Assembly: GCA_934254925.1 (NCBI GenBank)
Contig: CAKQMD010000002.1
Coordinates: forward strand, 17,841-81,840
Length of the DNA: 64,000 nt
Origin: an uncultured Alphaproteobacteria bacterium
GTDB lineage: Bacteria > Pseudomonadota > Alphaproteobacteria > RF32 > CAG-239
Direction of reading: 5' to 3'
Shown here in pieces: positions 18,646 through 28,900 of the stretch; positions within the stretch are counted from its first letter, which is position 1, and every line of letters starts with the position of its first letter. The notes under the pieces are model-generated. The model saw only the letters and a program-made list of their open reading frames with translations. It made no database searches and was not told the origin of the DNA. The position numbers were made by a program, and so were the translations under genes.

Positions 18646-19803
18646 ATGAGAGATGATTTTAAGATTATGGCGCAAGAAACGACTTATATCGACGAAGCTG
18701 TTCATCTTCAGGATTCTTTGGAAGACCTGAACGGTGCCGTTCGGCCTCAGCATCCGGAAACGGCTTTGCTGGCAGAGGCCGAAAAATATCATGCCGGCCG
18801 TGACGAACTGGAAAAGCCGGACGCGGCAACGGATCTCTTGTCTGCGACGGACGCTGCCATTGCGGAGCAGCGGAAAGAAGAGGCCGGGAAAGCTTTCTGG
18901 AAAGAGATTGACGTGAGCTTGGCCGATATTATTGAGCGGCTTTTTGAGAAGTCTTTGCGTCCGATCGTGCTGATCCGCGATGATCGGGTGGAATATATCA
19001 ATGACACGATGGCCAATGTTTTGCGGCTTTCCTCAAAGGGCGAGGCCTTGGGGGAAACTTTTCTTAAGTTTGTTGCAGAAGAGGATTGGAACCTGTTGGC
19101 GGAAAACATCGGCGCGATGCTGACGGAAAACCGCAGCGTGGCCGTGCGCCTGAAATCTGCCGGGGACAAGTTGTATCCGACGCATTTGGAGGCGCTTTAT
19201 ATTGCCGACAGTCAGCATTTTTCGTTTATTTTGATCGGTGACAGTATCCATGTGCGGGAAGAAGAACCTTCGCCGCGGGCGCCTGTCGGCGGCGTTGCCT
19301 GCCTGTTTGACCCCCAAACCGGGCTGCCGAACTTTTATTTGTTTGAGGATCGCCTGCAAATGGCGGTCAATGCCGAAAATTATAAGGATATTCGGTTGAA
19401 CAAGAATATTATTGCGGTGATGGGAATTTCCATTGACAATCTGGAAGATTTTCGGAAACTGGGGCTGGAAAACTTCGTGATGAAGCGTTTGGCGGCGACT
19501 TTGGCGGCGACCATTAAGAAAAGCTATACGGCGGCGGCCGGATTGAAAATTCAGTTCTGGGTAATGATCAATGACGTGAACACCCTGCATGACTTGGAAG
19601 TGGAAGTCGAAAAAATCAAGGCTGTTTTTGACGAAGGCGTCAGGGACAATTTTACCATTCATGCTTTGCATACCAGCATTGGAGTCAGCGTTTTTCCCAA
19701 TCCGGCCAAATCGGCCAAAAAGCTGATGCAGCAGGCCATTTACGCCACGGTGGCGGCGCAAAAGGCCGGTGGCAACAAGCTGATCTATTATCGTGATCAA
19801 TAA
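18646..19803 (+). CDS. PAS-domain protein with a degenerate GGDEF-like domain
   Basis: The C-terminal half reads DPQTGLPNFYLFEDRL...GISIDNLEDF...IGVSVFP, the layout of a diguanylate cyclase. No intact GG(D/E)EF signature is visible. Confidence 0.6.
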   Translation: MRDDFKIMAQETTYIDEAVHLQDSLEDLNGAVRPQHPETALLAEAEKYHAGRDELEKPDAATDLLSATDAAIAEQRKEEAGKAFWKEIDVSLADIIERLFEKSLRPIVLIRDDRVEYINDTMANVLRLSSKGEALGETFLKFVAEEDWNLLAENIGAMLTENRSVAVRLKSAGDKLYPTHLEALYIADSQHFSFILIGDSIHVREEEPSPRAPVGGVACLFDPQTGLPNFYLFEDRLQMAVNAENYKDIRLNKNIIAVMGISIDNLEDFRKLGLENFVMKRLAATLAATIKKSYTAAAGLKIQFWVMINDVNTLHDLEVEVEKIKAVFDEGVRDNFTIHALHTSIGVSVFPNPAKSAKKLMQQAIYATVAAQKAGGNKLIYYRDQ

Positions 19804-20528
19804 AATTCCTTAAATAGTTCGCCCTGCTGATCTTGTTCGAGTTCGGCGATGGCCTCTTTAACCAAAGGAACGGTGACAGCCCTTTTTAGTGCCAGAGAAA
19901 TGCGGTCGATGGCGGCTACCAGACGGCGGGCATAGGCAAAAGAACGTTGCATGTTGGCCAGGATATAAGAAATGATTTCCGGCGAGGGCAGAATTTGACG
20001 ATCGGCAAACAGTTTGATCAACAGAGCCGAAAGCAGCTCATCGTCCGGGGCTTTGATTTCCAGGGACGGAACGATGTTCAGGCGCGATCGTAAGTCGGGC
20101 AGGGTCAGCGGCAGTCTGGCCGGCGCTTCGTTTGAGGTAAACAGAATGTTTCCGCCTTCGTTGCGATACAGGTTATAAAGATGGAACATGGCCTCCTGGT
20201 CAAAAGGACGATGCAGGTTTTCAACGATCAGGCAACGGTTTTGGGCAAAAAGGTCGTGGATATCTTCCAAGCGCAGACGCGAAGCTTGAACCAGCGGCAG
20301 GCGATACGGATCATGGGTGATGCGGGCGACGTTTCCGGCAAAGACATGAGCCAGGTGGGTTTTGCCGCATCCTTCCGAGCCATAAATGCAAACGGCGAAA
20401 AACGGCCAGTCCGGCCAACGGTCTATCATTTGCACGGCTTCGACGTTGCAGGGCGCAACCAAGTAGTCGTCCTTGCCAAAGCAAGGATGATTGGGAAAAT
20501 CCAAAGCCAGTTGTCTTGTTTTGCTCAT
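19797..20528 (-). CDS. hdaA: DnaA-related replication regulator HdaA
   Basis: 243 aa. It starts MSKTRQLALDFP and carries an AAA+ Walker A GSEGCGKTHL. Confidence 0.8.
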   Translation of the reverse strand: MSKTRQLALDFPNHPCFGKDDYLVAPCNVEAVQMIDRWPDWPFFAVCIYGSEGCGKTHLAHVFAGNVARITHDPYRLPLVQASRLRLEDIHDLFAQNRCLIVENLHRPFDQEAMFHLYNLYRNEGGNILFTSNEAPARLPLTLPDLRSRLNIVPSLEIKAPDDELLSALLIKLFADRQILPSPEIISYILANMQRSFAYARRLVAAIDRISLALKRAVTVPLVKEAIAELEQDQQGELFKEFY

Positions 20529-20545
20529 GAGGGCCCCTTTGTTCT

Positions 20546-23197
20546 TCAGTCTTTATTTAAGACATCAAAGACGCGGGATGTCAAGTCGCCAAGGCTGAAA
20601 GGTTTGGTGATAAATTCAAAATCGGCGGCGTTTTTCAATTCCTGGCGGACCATTTCTTCCGAATATCCCGAGGCCAAAATGACCTTAACGGCGGGCAAAA
20701 GCTCTTTGACGCGGGCGATAAGTTCGGCTCCGCTGATTCCCGGCATAACCATATCGGTGATCAAAAGATCAAATTTTAGGTCTTGTTCCAGATGTTTCAA
20801 AGCGTTTTCTCCGGAGTTGCAGGCGACGACATCATAGCCTTTTTTCTTGAGGGCTCGGACAGCGAAGGTGCGGACGGAGTCTTCGTCTTCAACAAACAAA
20901 ATGCGGGTTTGCGAAGGATCTTTACCGTTTTTGGCCGGGGTGCGGTCGATGGTGGACAAGTTGAGGCCGAAAATGAGTTTTTCACTTACGGCCGTCGGCG
21001 CCTTGATTTTTTCCTGAACCGAGAGAATCGGCGTTCCGTCTTGGTTGGTGACGACTTCTTTTTCCGGATGCGGAGCGGCGGCTTCGTCAATATTGGAGTC
21101 AAAGCGCGGTAGATATACCGAAAAAGTGGTGCCGACGCCAACGGTCGAATCGACTTTTATAAAGCCTTCGGTCTGGCGAACGATGCCGTAAACCATGGCC
21201 AGGCCAAGTCCTGTTCCCGATCCGACAACGTTTTGTTTGGTGGAGAAGAATGGATCGAAAATGCGAATCAGGTTTTCCGCAGGAATGCCGCAGCCGGTAT
21301 CGGTAACGTCAATGACGACGAATTCTCCCGGTTTGACGACATCGTCGCCGAAGCGGTAGTTTTCACTCAAAACGTCTACTCGGGTTGAAATGGTTAAGGT
21401 GCCGCTGCCTTCCATGGCGTCTTTGGCGTTGACGGCCAGGTTTATGATGACCTGTGAAAACTGAACTGGATCGACTTTGATATATCCTAAATCTTTGCCG
21501 TGGCGGAATTTCAGCGTAATCTGTTCGCCCAGAATGCGCTTGAGCATATGGCTGAGTTCGGCAAAGTTTTCGGTAATATCGATTAATTTGGGCTTGAGCG
21601 GTTGTTTGCGGGAGAAGGCCAGCAGTTGGCGTACAAGGCCGGCGGCACGGTTGGCGTTTTGCTTGATTTGGATCAGGTCGGCAAAGGAGGGGTCGCCGAC
21701 GCCGTGACGTTGCAACAGCAAGTCACAGAAGCCGATCATGGCGGTCAGAAGATTGTTGAAGTCATGGGCGACGCCGCCGGCCAGTTGGCCGACTGCCTGC
21801 ATTTTTTGGGCTTGGGCAAATTGTTGTTCCAAAGACTTTTGGCGCGTGGCGTCAATCAGATACAAGACCATGCCGTCGATGTTAGAGGCGTCGGCGGCAT
21901 AAAATTTTTGCATGGGGCTGATGTAAATCGCTGCCACTTTTTCGCCGTTTTCTCCGCTGAGGTGGACTTCCAAATGTTGGGTAGTTTGACGTTCGGCGTT
22001 GATATTGGCAAAGTCGTTTTTCAAGGAAACGCTGTCTTCGGCCTTTATGCAATTAAAGATCGGACGGTTGAACAGTTTGTCGCGAGGCAGGCCCAGAAAA
22101 GTACAGGCCGAGGCATTGGCGTCTTTGATCAACCCTTCGGTGTCGGTAAAGACGATGCCGACGGGCGCGTTGTTGAACAGCCAGCTGATTTGGTCGCAGG
22201 AGTGATCCAGTTTCTGTTGCAGCTCCTTTTCCGAAGGAAGGCCGGTAATGACGACGCCGCGCGTTTTGAGTTCATCGTCTTCGCGGAAGCTCTGTTGAAA
22301 GACGTAGGCTTCAATGCTGTCGTGGGCGGCGTTTTTGAAATGAAGCTCCCCTTGCCATAAGGAGTGGCGCGGCGGCAAAGGTGTGTTGTTGCTTAACAGG
22401 CTGCCGAGGCTGCGGCCCAAGACTTCTTCGTGCGAGAGGCCGAGAAGTTCGGAGAAGGCGTTGTTGGCATATTCGAGGGTATAGTCTTTGGCGGCGATAT
22501 ACAGTCCGGCGGGGAGGTGATCCATAAAATCATGCAGGGATTTGTGCTCTTGGCGAAAGAGCTGTTCCATGTTCTTTTGTGCGGTGATGTTGTCTGCTGA
22601 CCAAAACAGGTATGTGTCCTTTTTGATGGCGCGGATTGAGAAGGGGCCTTCAAAAATGTCCGTCTTTTTTAGAAAAATCGGTTGTACCGAGATTTCAAAC
22701 CATTCTTCGTCGTTGAAGATTTTACTGTCGTCTCGGCGCAAGATCAGCGACAGTTGTACGGTTTCTCGACTAAGGTTGCTGCAGGCGGTCTGAAGCCGGT
22801 AAAAGGCGGCTTTGTTGGCGGAGGAATCGGCCAAATGTTCCTCCAGAAACCCCAGAATCGGCAGTCCTTTGAACAAATCTCGCGCCGGGTCGTTTTCCAA
22901 AACGGGGTGTCCGGCAGAATTGTCGATGCGCTTGATTTTGAAGTCGTTGCGGATGATCTCGTTGGCAAAACCGCCGTAGCTAATCGCCTGTTCTCCGGCA
23001 TCCAGCGTTTTGATCGTCAGGCTGAGGCAGATTGTGGTCATGATGACCGTGGCTCCTATCAGCGGCAGAAAATAGGCCGGATAAAACAAGAACAACATGA
23101 TGATCACCGTGAGCACAACCAGGGCATAGGCCAGGGAGACCAGGCGTTTTTGCAAAAGCTTATCCGGACGTTTATTGTTTTTTGAGCTGCATAACAT
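20546..23197 (-). CDS. Hybrid sensor histidine kinase (TM-PAS-HisKA-HATPase-REC), CckA-like
   Basis: An H-box VAHDFNNLLTAMIGFCDLL, an HATPase G-box DTGCGIP, and a C-terminal receiver domain (ILFVEDEDSVR...D...K) are present. Confidence 0.8.
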   Translation of the reverse strand: MLCSSKNNKRPDKLLQKRLVSLAYALVVLTVIIMLFLFYPAYFLPLIGATVIMTTICLSLTIKTLDAGEQAISYGGFANEIIRNDFKIKRIDNSAGHPVLENDPARDLFKGLPILGFLEEHLADSSANKAAFYRLQTACSNLSRETVQLSLILRRDDSKIFNDEEWFEISVQPIFLKKTDIFEGPFSIRAIKKDTYLFWSADNITAQKNMEQLFRQEHKSLHDFMDHLPAGLYIAAKDYTLEYANNAFSELLGLSHEEVLGRSLGSLLSNNTPLPPRHSLWQGELHFKNAAHDSIEAYVFQQSFREDDELKTRGVVITGLPSEKELQQKLDHSCDQISWLFNNAPVGIVFTDTEGLIKDANASACTFLGLPRDKLFNRPIFNCIKAEDSVSLKNDFANINAERQTTQHLEVHLSGENGEKVAAIYISPMQKFYAADASNIDGMVLYLIDATRQKSLEQQFAQAQKMQAVGQLAGGVAHDFNNLLTAMIGFCDLLLQRHGVGDPSFADLIQIKQNANRAAGLVRQLLAFSRKQPLKPKLIDITENFAELSHMLKRILGEQITLKFRHGKDLGYIKVDPVQFSQVIINLAVNAKDAMEGSGTLTISTRVDVLSENYRFGDDVVKPGEFVVIDVTDTGCGIPAENLIRIFDPFFSTKQNVVGSGTGLGLAMVYGIVRQTEGFIKVDSTVGVGTTFSVYLPRFDSNIDEAAAPHPEKEVVTNQDGTPILSVQEKIKAPTAVSEKLIFGLNLSTIDRTPAKNGKDPSQTRILFVEDEDSVRTFAVRALKKKGYDVVACNSGENALKHLEQDLKFDLLITDMVMPGISGAELIARVKELLPAVKVILASGYSEEMVRQELKNAADFEFITKPFSLGDLTSRVFDVLNKD

Positions 23198-24242
23198 AAC
23201 GAATTACCTCGGCAACGGCTTTAAAGTGTTCTTCCGGAATCATTTGATCCAGTTCGGTGGATGCAAACAGGGCACGGGCCAAAGGCGGATTTTCGACAAC
23301 GGGGACTTCGTTTTCTTCGGCGATTTCCCTAATTCTCAGAGCTACGTTGTCCAAACCTTTGGCGACGACGATCGGCGCATCCATTTTTTCCATTTTATAT
23401 TCCAGGGCGACGGCATAGTGCGTCGGGTTGACGACGACGACGTCGGCACGGGGAACGGCTTCCATCATACGGTGGCGGGCCCTTTCCATGCGAATCTGCC
23501 GGATCCTTGACTTTACCAGCGGATCTCCTTCCATTTGCTTATATTCGTCCTTGACTTCTTGGCGGGTCATCCGCAGTTTTTTCAAGTGGGAATATTTCTG
23601 GTAGGCGAAGTCTCCCAAAGCAATAATCAGGATCGCAATCACCACGGTGAAAACTAAGAGTATCACAATTTGGTGAATAAATCTTAAAATTGCCATAACT
23701 TCCATGGAAGGCAGAAGATTGACCTTTGAAAGATAGGGTTTGATAACCAGAATGGCGACAAAAGTGATGGCGGCAATTTTGATGATGCCTTTAAGGCTTT
23801 CGACGATTTTTTTCATGTTGATAAAATTGGGCAATTGGGCAAAGACGTTCAGTTTGTTCCAATTGGGTTCCAACTTTTTGGGAGCGAAAACAAAGCCGGT
23901 TTGTGCCACGCTGGCGAAGATGCCGAGCAACATGAAGACGGCAAAGGGAATCGCCAGAATCTTGAATAGGCCGAGGGCGGTATGAATCAGCAACAGCTGA
24001 AGATGTTTGGGATCCGTCGGAATGGAATCGGGGGCTTCAATGAATTTGACGGAGAGCATGTAAAACCATTTTCCCATCAGCGGGACGGCCAGCCAAATGA
24101 CAAACAGCATGCCGACGAGCATGATAAAGCTTTTGGCATCCTGCGAGATGGCAATGTCGCCTTCCTCTTTGGCTTTGGAGATTTTTCGTTCCGAAGGTTC
24201 TTCGGTTTTTGAGGATTCGTCTTCGTCTTCCGGTGCGACCAT
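23172..24242 (-). CDS. flhB: Flagellar export apparatus protein FlhB
   Basis: 356 aa. The autocleavage region ..VVVNPTHYAVAL.. (NPTH) is present. Confidence 0.9.
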   Translation of the reverse strand: MVAPEDEDESSKTEEPSERKISKAKEEGDIAISQDAKSFIMLVGMLFVIWLAVPLMGKWFYMLSVKFIEAPDSIPTDPKHLQLLLIHTALGLFKILAIPFAVFMLLGIFASVAQTGFVFAPKKLEPNWNKLNVFAQLPNFINMKKIVESLKGIIKIAAITFVAILVIKPYLSKVNLLPSMEVMAILRFIHQIVILLVFTVVIAILIIALGDFAYQKYSHLKKLRMTRQEVKDEYKQMEGDPLVKSRIRQIRMERARHRMMEAVPRADVVVVNPTHYAVALEYKMEKMDAPIVVAKGLDNVALRIREIAEENEVPVVENPPLARALFASTELDQMIPEEHFKAVAEVIRYVMQLKKQ

Positions 24243-24246
24243 GGCT

Positions 24247-25011
24247 TTACCTCAACAGTTGCTGCAGGCCGCTTTCATAGTACTGCATAAACCAGAGCAG
24301 CATCATCGGGCAGACCAACATCAATAGGCCGAGGCCAAGGTAGATCTGCAGCGGCAGGGACAAGAAAAAAATGTTCAGCTGGGGCATCAGGCGCGAAACC
24401 AAACCCATGCCGACGTAAAAGACAATCGTGAAAGAGATGAACGGCGATCCGATTTTAAACCCCATGATGAAGCTTTGGTTCAGTTTGTCGCTTAAATGAT
24501 TGGCAAAATCGCCGAGGGGGAGTGTTTCTCCGGCGGGGAACAGGCGATAACTGTCAACCAGGGCGCTCAGCATCAGGTGGTGAAGATCCGTCATGAAGAT
24601 CAGCGTCAGGGCAATAATGCTTAAAAAAGTTTCCATGATCATGGATTGGGACTGAAAGTTGGGGTCAAAAATCTGGGCATTGGCAAAACCGATCGCCTGG
24701 CCGGCAAAGTTGCCCGCCAAAGCCAAAGCCGTGTATAAAAACTGCATCATAATGCCGAGAAAAACGCCGACGGTTATTTCTGAGAGAATGAACAAAAACA
24801 GTCGCGCCGTTTCCGTTGGTGGGGACGGCAGCTCGGGGCCGATAACCGGCATCAGAATAAAGCAGAGCGCCAAGGCGATCGAAAGGCGCAGCCTCATGTT
24901 GACATATGAGGTCATAAAACCCGGCATCAGCATAAAAGCGCTTCCCAGCCTCAGAAACAATGCCAGAAAACGATAAATTTCAAAATTCAGGAGCTCGGTC
25001 ATCTTCCTCAA
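24247..25011 (-). CDS. fliR: Flagellar export apparatus protein FliR
   Basis: A 254-aa polytopic membrane protein lying between fliQ and flhB. Confidence 0.85.
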   Translation of the reverse strand: MRKMTELLNFEIYRFLALFLRLGSAFMLMPGFMTSYVNMRLRLSIALALCFILMPVIGPELPSPPTETARLFLFILSEITVGVFLGIMMQFLYTALALAGNFAGQAIGFANAQIFDPNFQSQSMIMETFLSIIALTLIFMTDLHHLMLSALVDSYRLFPAGETLPLGDFANHLSDKLNQSFIMGFKIGSPFISFTIVFYVGMGLVSRLMPQLNIFFLSLPLQIYLGLGLLMLVCPMMLLWFMQYYESGLQQLLR

Positions 25012-25274
25012 CCTCCGGAGGCGATTTTGTCAAACAGGCCTTGGGTCAGAATGGTCATTTGGTTGAGCATGAAGGGAAACAAAATGATGATGGTGGCAAA
25101 AACGGCGAGAATCTTTGGCACAAAAGCGAGAGTCATTTCCTGAATTTGCGTCAAAGCCTGGAAAATACCAACGATCAGACCGATCAGCAAGGCGACGATC
25201 AAAATCGGGCTGACAACTTTGATCAGCGTGAAAATAGCCTCGCGGGCAATATCCAAAACTTCAACTTCATTCAT
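25008..25274 (-). CDS. fliQ: Flagellar export apparatus protein FliQ
   Basis: An 88-aa 2-TM protein. Its stop overlaps the fliR start. Confidence 0.88.
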   Translation of the reverse strand: MNEVEVLDIAREAIFTLIKVVSPILIVALLIGLIVGIFQALTQIQEMTLAFVPKILAVFATIIILFPFMLNQMTILTQGLFDKIASGG

Positions 25275-25284
25275 GTTTCATATC

Positions 25285-26403
25285 CTATTCCAACGGGGTT
25301 TGCCGTTCAAAATATTCATGGTTGTTCAATCCGGTGAGAAAAGCCCCGTCAAAGCCGATGGCGACAATATCACGGAAAAAACGGCTGATGATTTTTTTCC
25401 ATTCTTCGTGCCAATAGCGGGTGATGACTTGATTTTCCTCTACAAAGGAAAGTCGGCTGAGCCAGTCCGGATGGCCGATTTCCCAGTCGTTTTGCCAATA
25501 ATAGTCGCGGTCGGAGGCTTCGCTGACGTTAAGTTCGGCGATGATCAGCCTTTTGGTGCCGTTTTTCTTGAACTTGAGGCTGTTGACTTCTTCCGCGGTG
25601 TAGGGCGTGTTCCGATGAAAAAGCGGCGGTATGACGATAATGTCAAAATTGGAGTTGCGGATATCGCGAATGAACTCGTCTTTGCTGCCGTAGGCGGAAT
25701 CGTCAATCAGGAAGGCAATATTGGCTGTGTCCCCGATTTGAAAGACGTTGCGGGCATTTTCGTTAATGACCGGTTGATAGCGCAGGTTGTTGAAGGCTCT
25801 TTTTTTGTTGACGAAACCGTAAAGAAGCGTTTTTTCTCCGACGGATTCTTGGATGGCTTCGTCAAAAGCCTCTTCCGAAGAACATTCGTCGACTGATATG
25901 ACGGGGATTCCCTGTTTTTTGAGGATTTCTTCTTGTGGCTGTCCTTGGCAAAACAGGTTGTTGAGCACAACGGCGTCAAGGTTTTTCAGATAATTGCGGG
26001 TGCTGCTGTCCATCAGGGATGAGGACAAAGGCATCTTTTGTTTGAGGCGAAGCAAAAAACTGGGGTCTTTGGCCTGGGTACCAAAGCGCTTAGCCTCATT
26101 GTACCCTTGAAGATGATATTCCCATAATCCCTTCAGAAGAAGTTTGCGGCCTTCATGGACAATTATCTTAAAATCCGGATTGCGCGCTTTGGCATATTCG
26201 GCCAACATGGTTATATTGTTGCGCATTTGTTCGCGATAGTTGACGATATACTCGGGCGGTTCGTCCAGATTGAGGATTTGCTCTTCGATGGTCAGCGGGT
26301 TGGCCTGATCAAAACCGTATAATCCGGCAACAGCGTCCCGGCAGCAGGCCAGGACGCCGACAGCGGCGGTTATGAGCAAGGCAGATTTCCTAAGTGATGA
26401 CAT
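25285..26403 (-). CDS. Secreted TIM-barrel glycosidase-like protein (GH114 / spherulin-4-like?)
   Basis: The ORF has a signal peptide. The motifs DYYWQNDWEIGHPDW and AIGFDGAFLTGL resemble the GH114-type fold. The assignment is uncertain. Confidence 0.4.
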   Translation of the reverse strand: MSSLRKSALLITAAVGVLACCRDAVAGLYGFDQANPLTIEEQILNLDEPPEYIVNYREQMRNNITMLAEYAKARNPDFKIIVHEGRKLLLKGLWEYHLQGYNEAKRFGTQAKDPSFLLRLKQKMPLSSSLMDSSTRNYLKNLDAVVLNNLFCQGQPQEEILKKQGIPVISVDECSSEEAFDEAIQESVGEKTLLYGFVNKKRAFNNLRYQPVINENARNVFQIGDTANIAFLIDDSAYGSKDEFIRDIRNSNFDIIVIPPLFHRNTPYTAEEVNSLKFKKNGTKRLIIAELNVSEASDRDYYWQNDWEIGHPDWLSRLSFVEENQVITRYWHEEWKKIISRFFRDIVAIGFDGAFLTGLNNHEYFERQTPLE

Positions 26404-28009
26404 CGGCGTGTTTTTTCCCCGTGCGCGTTTCGATCTCGGCGATCTCCGTAGCGATTTCCAGAATTTCTTCTAACATTTCCCGCGGATTTTCATTCAGCTC
26501 CCGCGTCGAATAATATTCCAGATAGACGCGAAGTGTGGCGCCGCTGGAGCCGGTTCCGGACAGGCGGTAGACAATGCGCGAGCCGTTGGCAAATTTGATG
26601 ATCAGGCCGTTTTGCGTCGAGCTGCCGTCAACCGGATCATGATAAACGAAGGGCTTAGCTTCCGTTACTTCGTAATCTTCATAGTGGTTGTGTTCCAACT
26701 GCGGCAAGCGTTGTTCAAGGTCGGTCATCAGCTTGTCGGCAACTTCGGTGTCAATTCCTTCGAAGTCAAAGCGCATATAATAGCTGCGGCCGTATTTTTG
26801 CCAATGTTCGCGGGTGATCTGTTCGACCGATTTTCCGGTGACGGCAATGATGTTCAGCCAGAACAAAACCGCCCAGATGCCGTCTTTTTCCCGAATATGG
26901 CTGGAGCCGGTACCAAAGCTTTCTTCCCCGCAGAAGGTGATTCTTTGGGAATCCATCAGGTTGACAAAATATTTCCAGCCCGTCGGAACTTCGTAATAGC
27001 CGATTTTGTGAGCTTGAGCCACCCGGCTGACCGCGGTGGAGGTGGCGGCGGATTTGGCGACGCCGTAGATGCCGTCCTTGTAGGCCGGAATCAGCATGTA
27101 GTTGTCCGTCAGAATCGCCAGACTGTCACTCGGTGTAACGAAAAACTTTTTACCCAGAATCATGTTGCGGTCGCCGTCGCCGTCGTTGGCTGCACCAAAA
27201 TCGGGCGCTTGGCTGCCAAACATCAGATCAACTAGTTCCTTGGCGTAAACCAAGTTGGGATCGGGGTGCAGGCCGCCGAAGTCTGGCAGTGGTTTGGCAT
27301 TCATGACCGATCCGCGGGGAGCGCCGAGGATTTCTTCGAAAATCTTCAGAGCATAAGGTCCGGTTACCGCGTTCATGGCGTCAAAACGCATGGTGAAACC
27401 TTGAGCAAACAGCTTTTTGATGGCTTCAAAGTCAAAGATCGATTGCATCATGTCTACATAATCTTTGACGGGATCAATCACCTCGATTTCCATATCGCCG
27501 AGTTTTTGAGTTCCGAGACGGTCCAAACGAACGTCTTCGGCTTCGTAAATTTTGTATTCGCTGATTTTTAAGGTATTGTCATAAATTTTGGCACTGATTT
27601 CGCTGGAGCATTGACCACCGGTTTCCGTCGCGTATTTGATGCCGAAGTCGCCGTCAATGCCGCCGGGATTGTGCGAGGCGGAGAGCACCAGCCCGCCGTC
27701 CAAGTGATTTTTGAGAATGATATGCGAGCCGGCCGGGGTAGACACGAAACCGTTTTGGCCGACAATCAGCTTAGCCACGCCGTTGGCTGCGGCCAGCTTG
27801 ATGATTTTTTGAATGGCAACGTCGTTGTAAAAACGTCCGTCACCACCGACGAGAAAGACTTTTCCTCTGAGATCGCCGATGGTATTGAATATGCTTTGTA
27901 CGAAGTTTTCGACATAATTGGGCTGCATGACCACTTTAGACTTGCGGCGCAGGCCGGCTGTTCCCATTTTTTGGTCTTGGTAGGGGGACGTCCGTACGGT
28001 TTTGATCAT
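26390..28009 (-). CDS. pgm: Phosphoglucomutase (alpha-D-glucose phosphate-specific)
   Basis: 539 aa. The active-site loop SASHNPGG and the sugar-binding GEESFG are present. Confidence 0.9.
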   Translation of the reverse strand: MIKTVRTSPYQDQKMGTAGLRRKSKVVMQPNYVENFVQSIFNTIGDLRGKVFLVGGDGRFYNDVAIQKIIKLAAANGVAKLIVGQNGFVSTPAGSHIILKNHLDGGLVLSASHNPGGIDGDFGIKYATETGGQCSSEISAKIYDNTLKISEYKIYEAEDVRLDRLGTQKLGDMEIEVIDPVKDYVDMMQSIFDFEAIKKLFAQGFTMRFDAMNAVTGPYALKIFEEILGAPRGSVMNAKPLPDFGGLHPDPNLVYAKELVDLMFGSQAPDFGAANDGDGDRNMILGKKFFVTPSDSLAILTDNYMLIPAYKDGIYGVAKSAATSTAVSRVAQAHKIGYYEVPTGWKYFVNLMDSQRITFCGEESFGTGSSHIREKDGIWAVLFWLNIIAVTGKSVEQITREHWQKYGRSYYMRFDFEGIDTEVADKLMTDLEQRLPQLEHNHYEDYEVTEAKPFVYHDPVDGSSTQNGLIIKFANGSRIVYRLSGTGSSGATLRVYLEYYSTRELNENPREMLEEILEIATEIAEIETRTGKKHADVIT

Positions 28010-28090
28010 AATTTCTCCTATCGATACGTAAGGTTATCAATATCGGAGAGTCTAGCACTTATATCGGAAAAAACAAGAGCGATCTCCGAC

Positions 28091-28900
28091 TTATTCCGGG
28101 GAAATAAATTCGGCGAGTTTTTTTATTTCGCGTTTGGCTGCAAGGTGGGAAATATTCATTTTCAGGCGCAGAGGGTCGCGGTTCATGTCGAGGACGGTCA
28201 GGCCTTCCAAAAACAGTTCTTTGTATATGACCCGGTCGCGCATGCCTTCGCAGTATCTGAAGCCGTAAAGACGTGCCAGCCTTTCCAGATATTTGTTGAC
28301 TAACTGCTTGTTTTTGGAGTTGTAGGAGGAGATCTTGTTGCCGGCGACGATCCAGTTCAGATAGGCTTTGCCGCGTGCCGCCAAAAATTTTTTTGTGTCC
28401 CAGATAAAATTGGCGTAATGTCCGGGATTTTTGATTTTTTCATCTTCAAAATTTATGTCGGCCAGAACATTGAGGTCAATTAGGCTGTCGGTTACCGGCG
28501 TAATGACGGTATCGGCATATTTATGGGCTTCCTCAAAAAGATAGTTTTTGGTACCTGGCGTATCAATGATAACGGCGTCCACGTTCAATGAAAGCTCGTA
28601 AATCTGCGCTGCCAGTTTTTCACGATCCAGGTTGGTCAGGTAAGGATTTGTTTCCGGCGAAAAACGGTAATGCAGGGGAATCGGAAGTTCAATGCCGCGT
28701 TTTTCACAAAATTTTCTGCGATTGTCTATGTATTTTGACAAGGTCCCCTGGCGGCCGTCAAGATCCATTGTGGCGACTTTAAATCCCTCGTCGAGCAGTT
28801 TGATGGCCAAATGCATTGAAATCGTCGATTTTCCGGTGCCGCCTTTTTCGTTGCTGACAACAATGATATGTGCTTTGCGGGGAGTTGAGTTTTCTGTCAT
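28091..28900 (-). CDS. ParA/MinD-family P-loop ATPase
   Basis: The deviant Walker A VSNEKGGTGKSTIS lies in a 269-aa ORF. Confidence 0.75.
   Translation of the reverse strand: MTENSTPRKAHIIVVSNEKGGTGKSTISMHLAIKLLDEGFKVATMDLDGRQGTLSKYIDNRRKFCEKRGIELPIPLHYRFSPETNPYLTNLDREKLAAQIYELSLNVDAVIIDTPGTKNYLFEEAHKYADTVITPVTDSLIDLNVLADINFEDEKIKNPGHYANFIWDTKKFLAARGKAYLNWIVAGNKISSYNSKNKQLVNKYLERLARLYGFRYCEGMRDRVIYKELFLEGLTVLDMNRDPLRLKMNISHLAAKREIKKLAEFISPE

Noticed and set aside
19033-20837. Antisense ORFs (19033-19800 minus; 20181-20837 plus) overlapping the GGDEF-like gene and hdaA
   Set aside because: These overlap well-supported genes on the opposite strand and have no features of their own.
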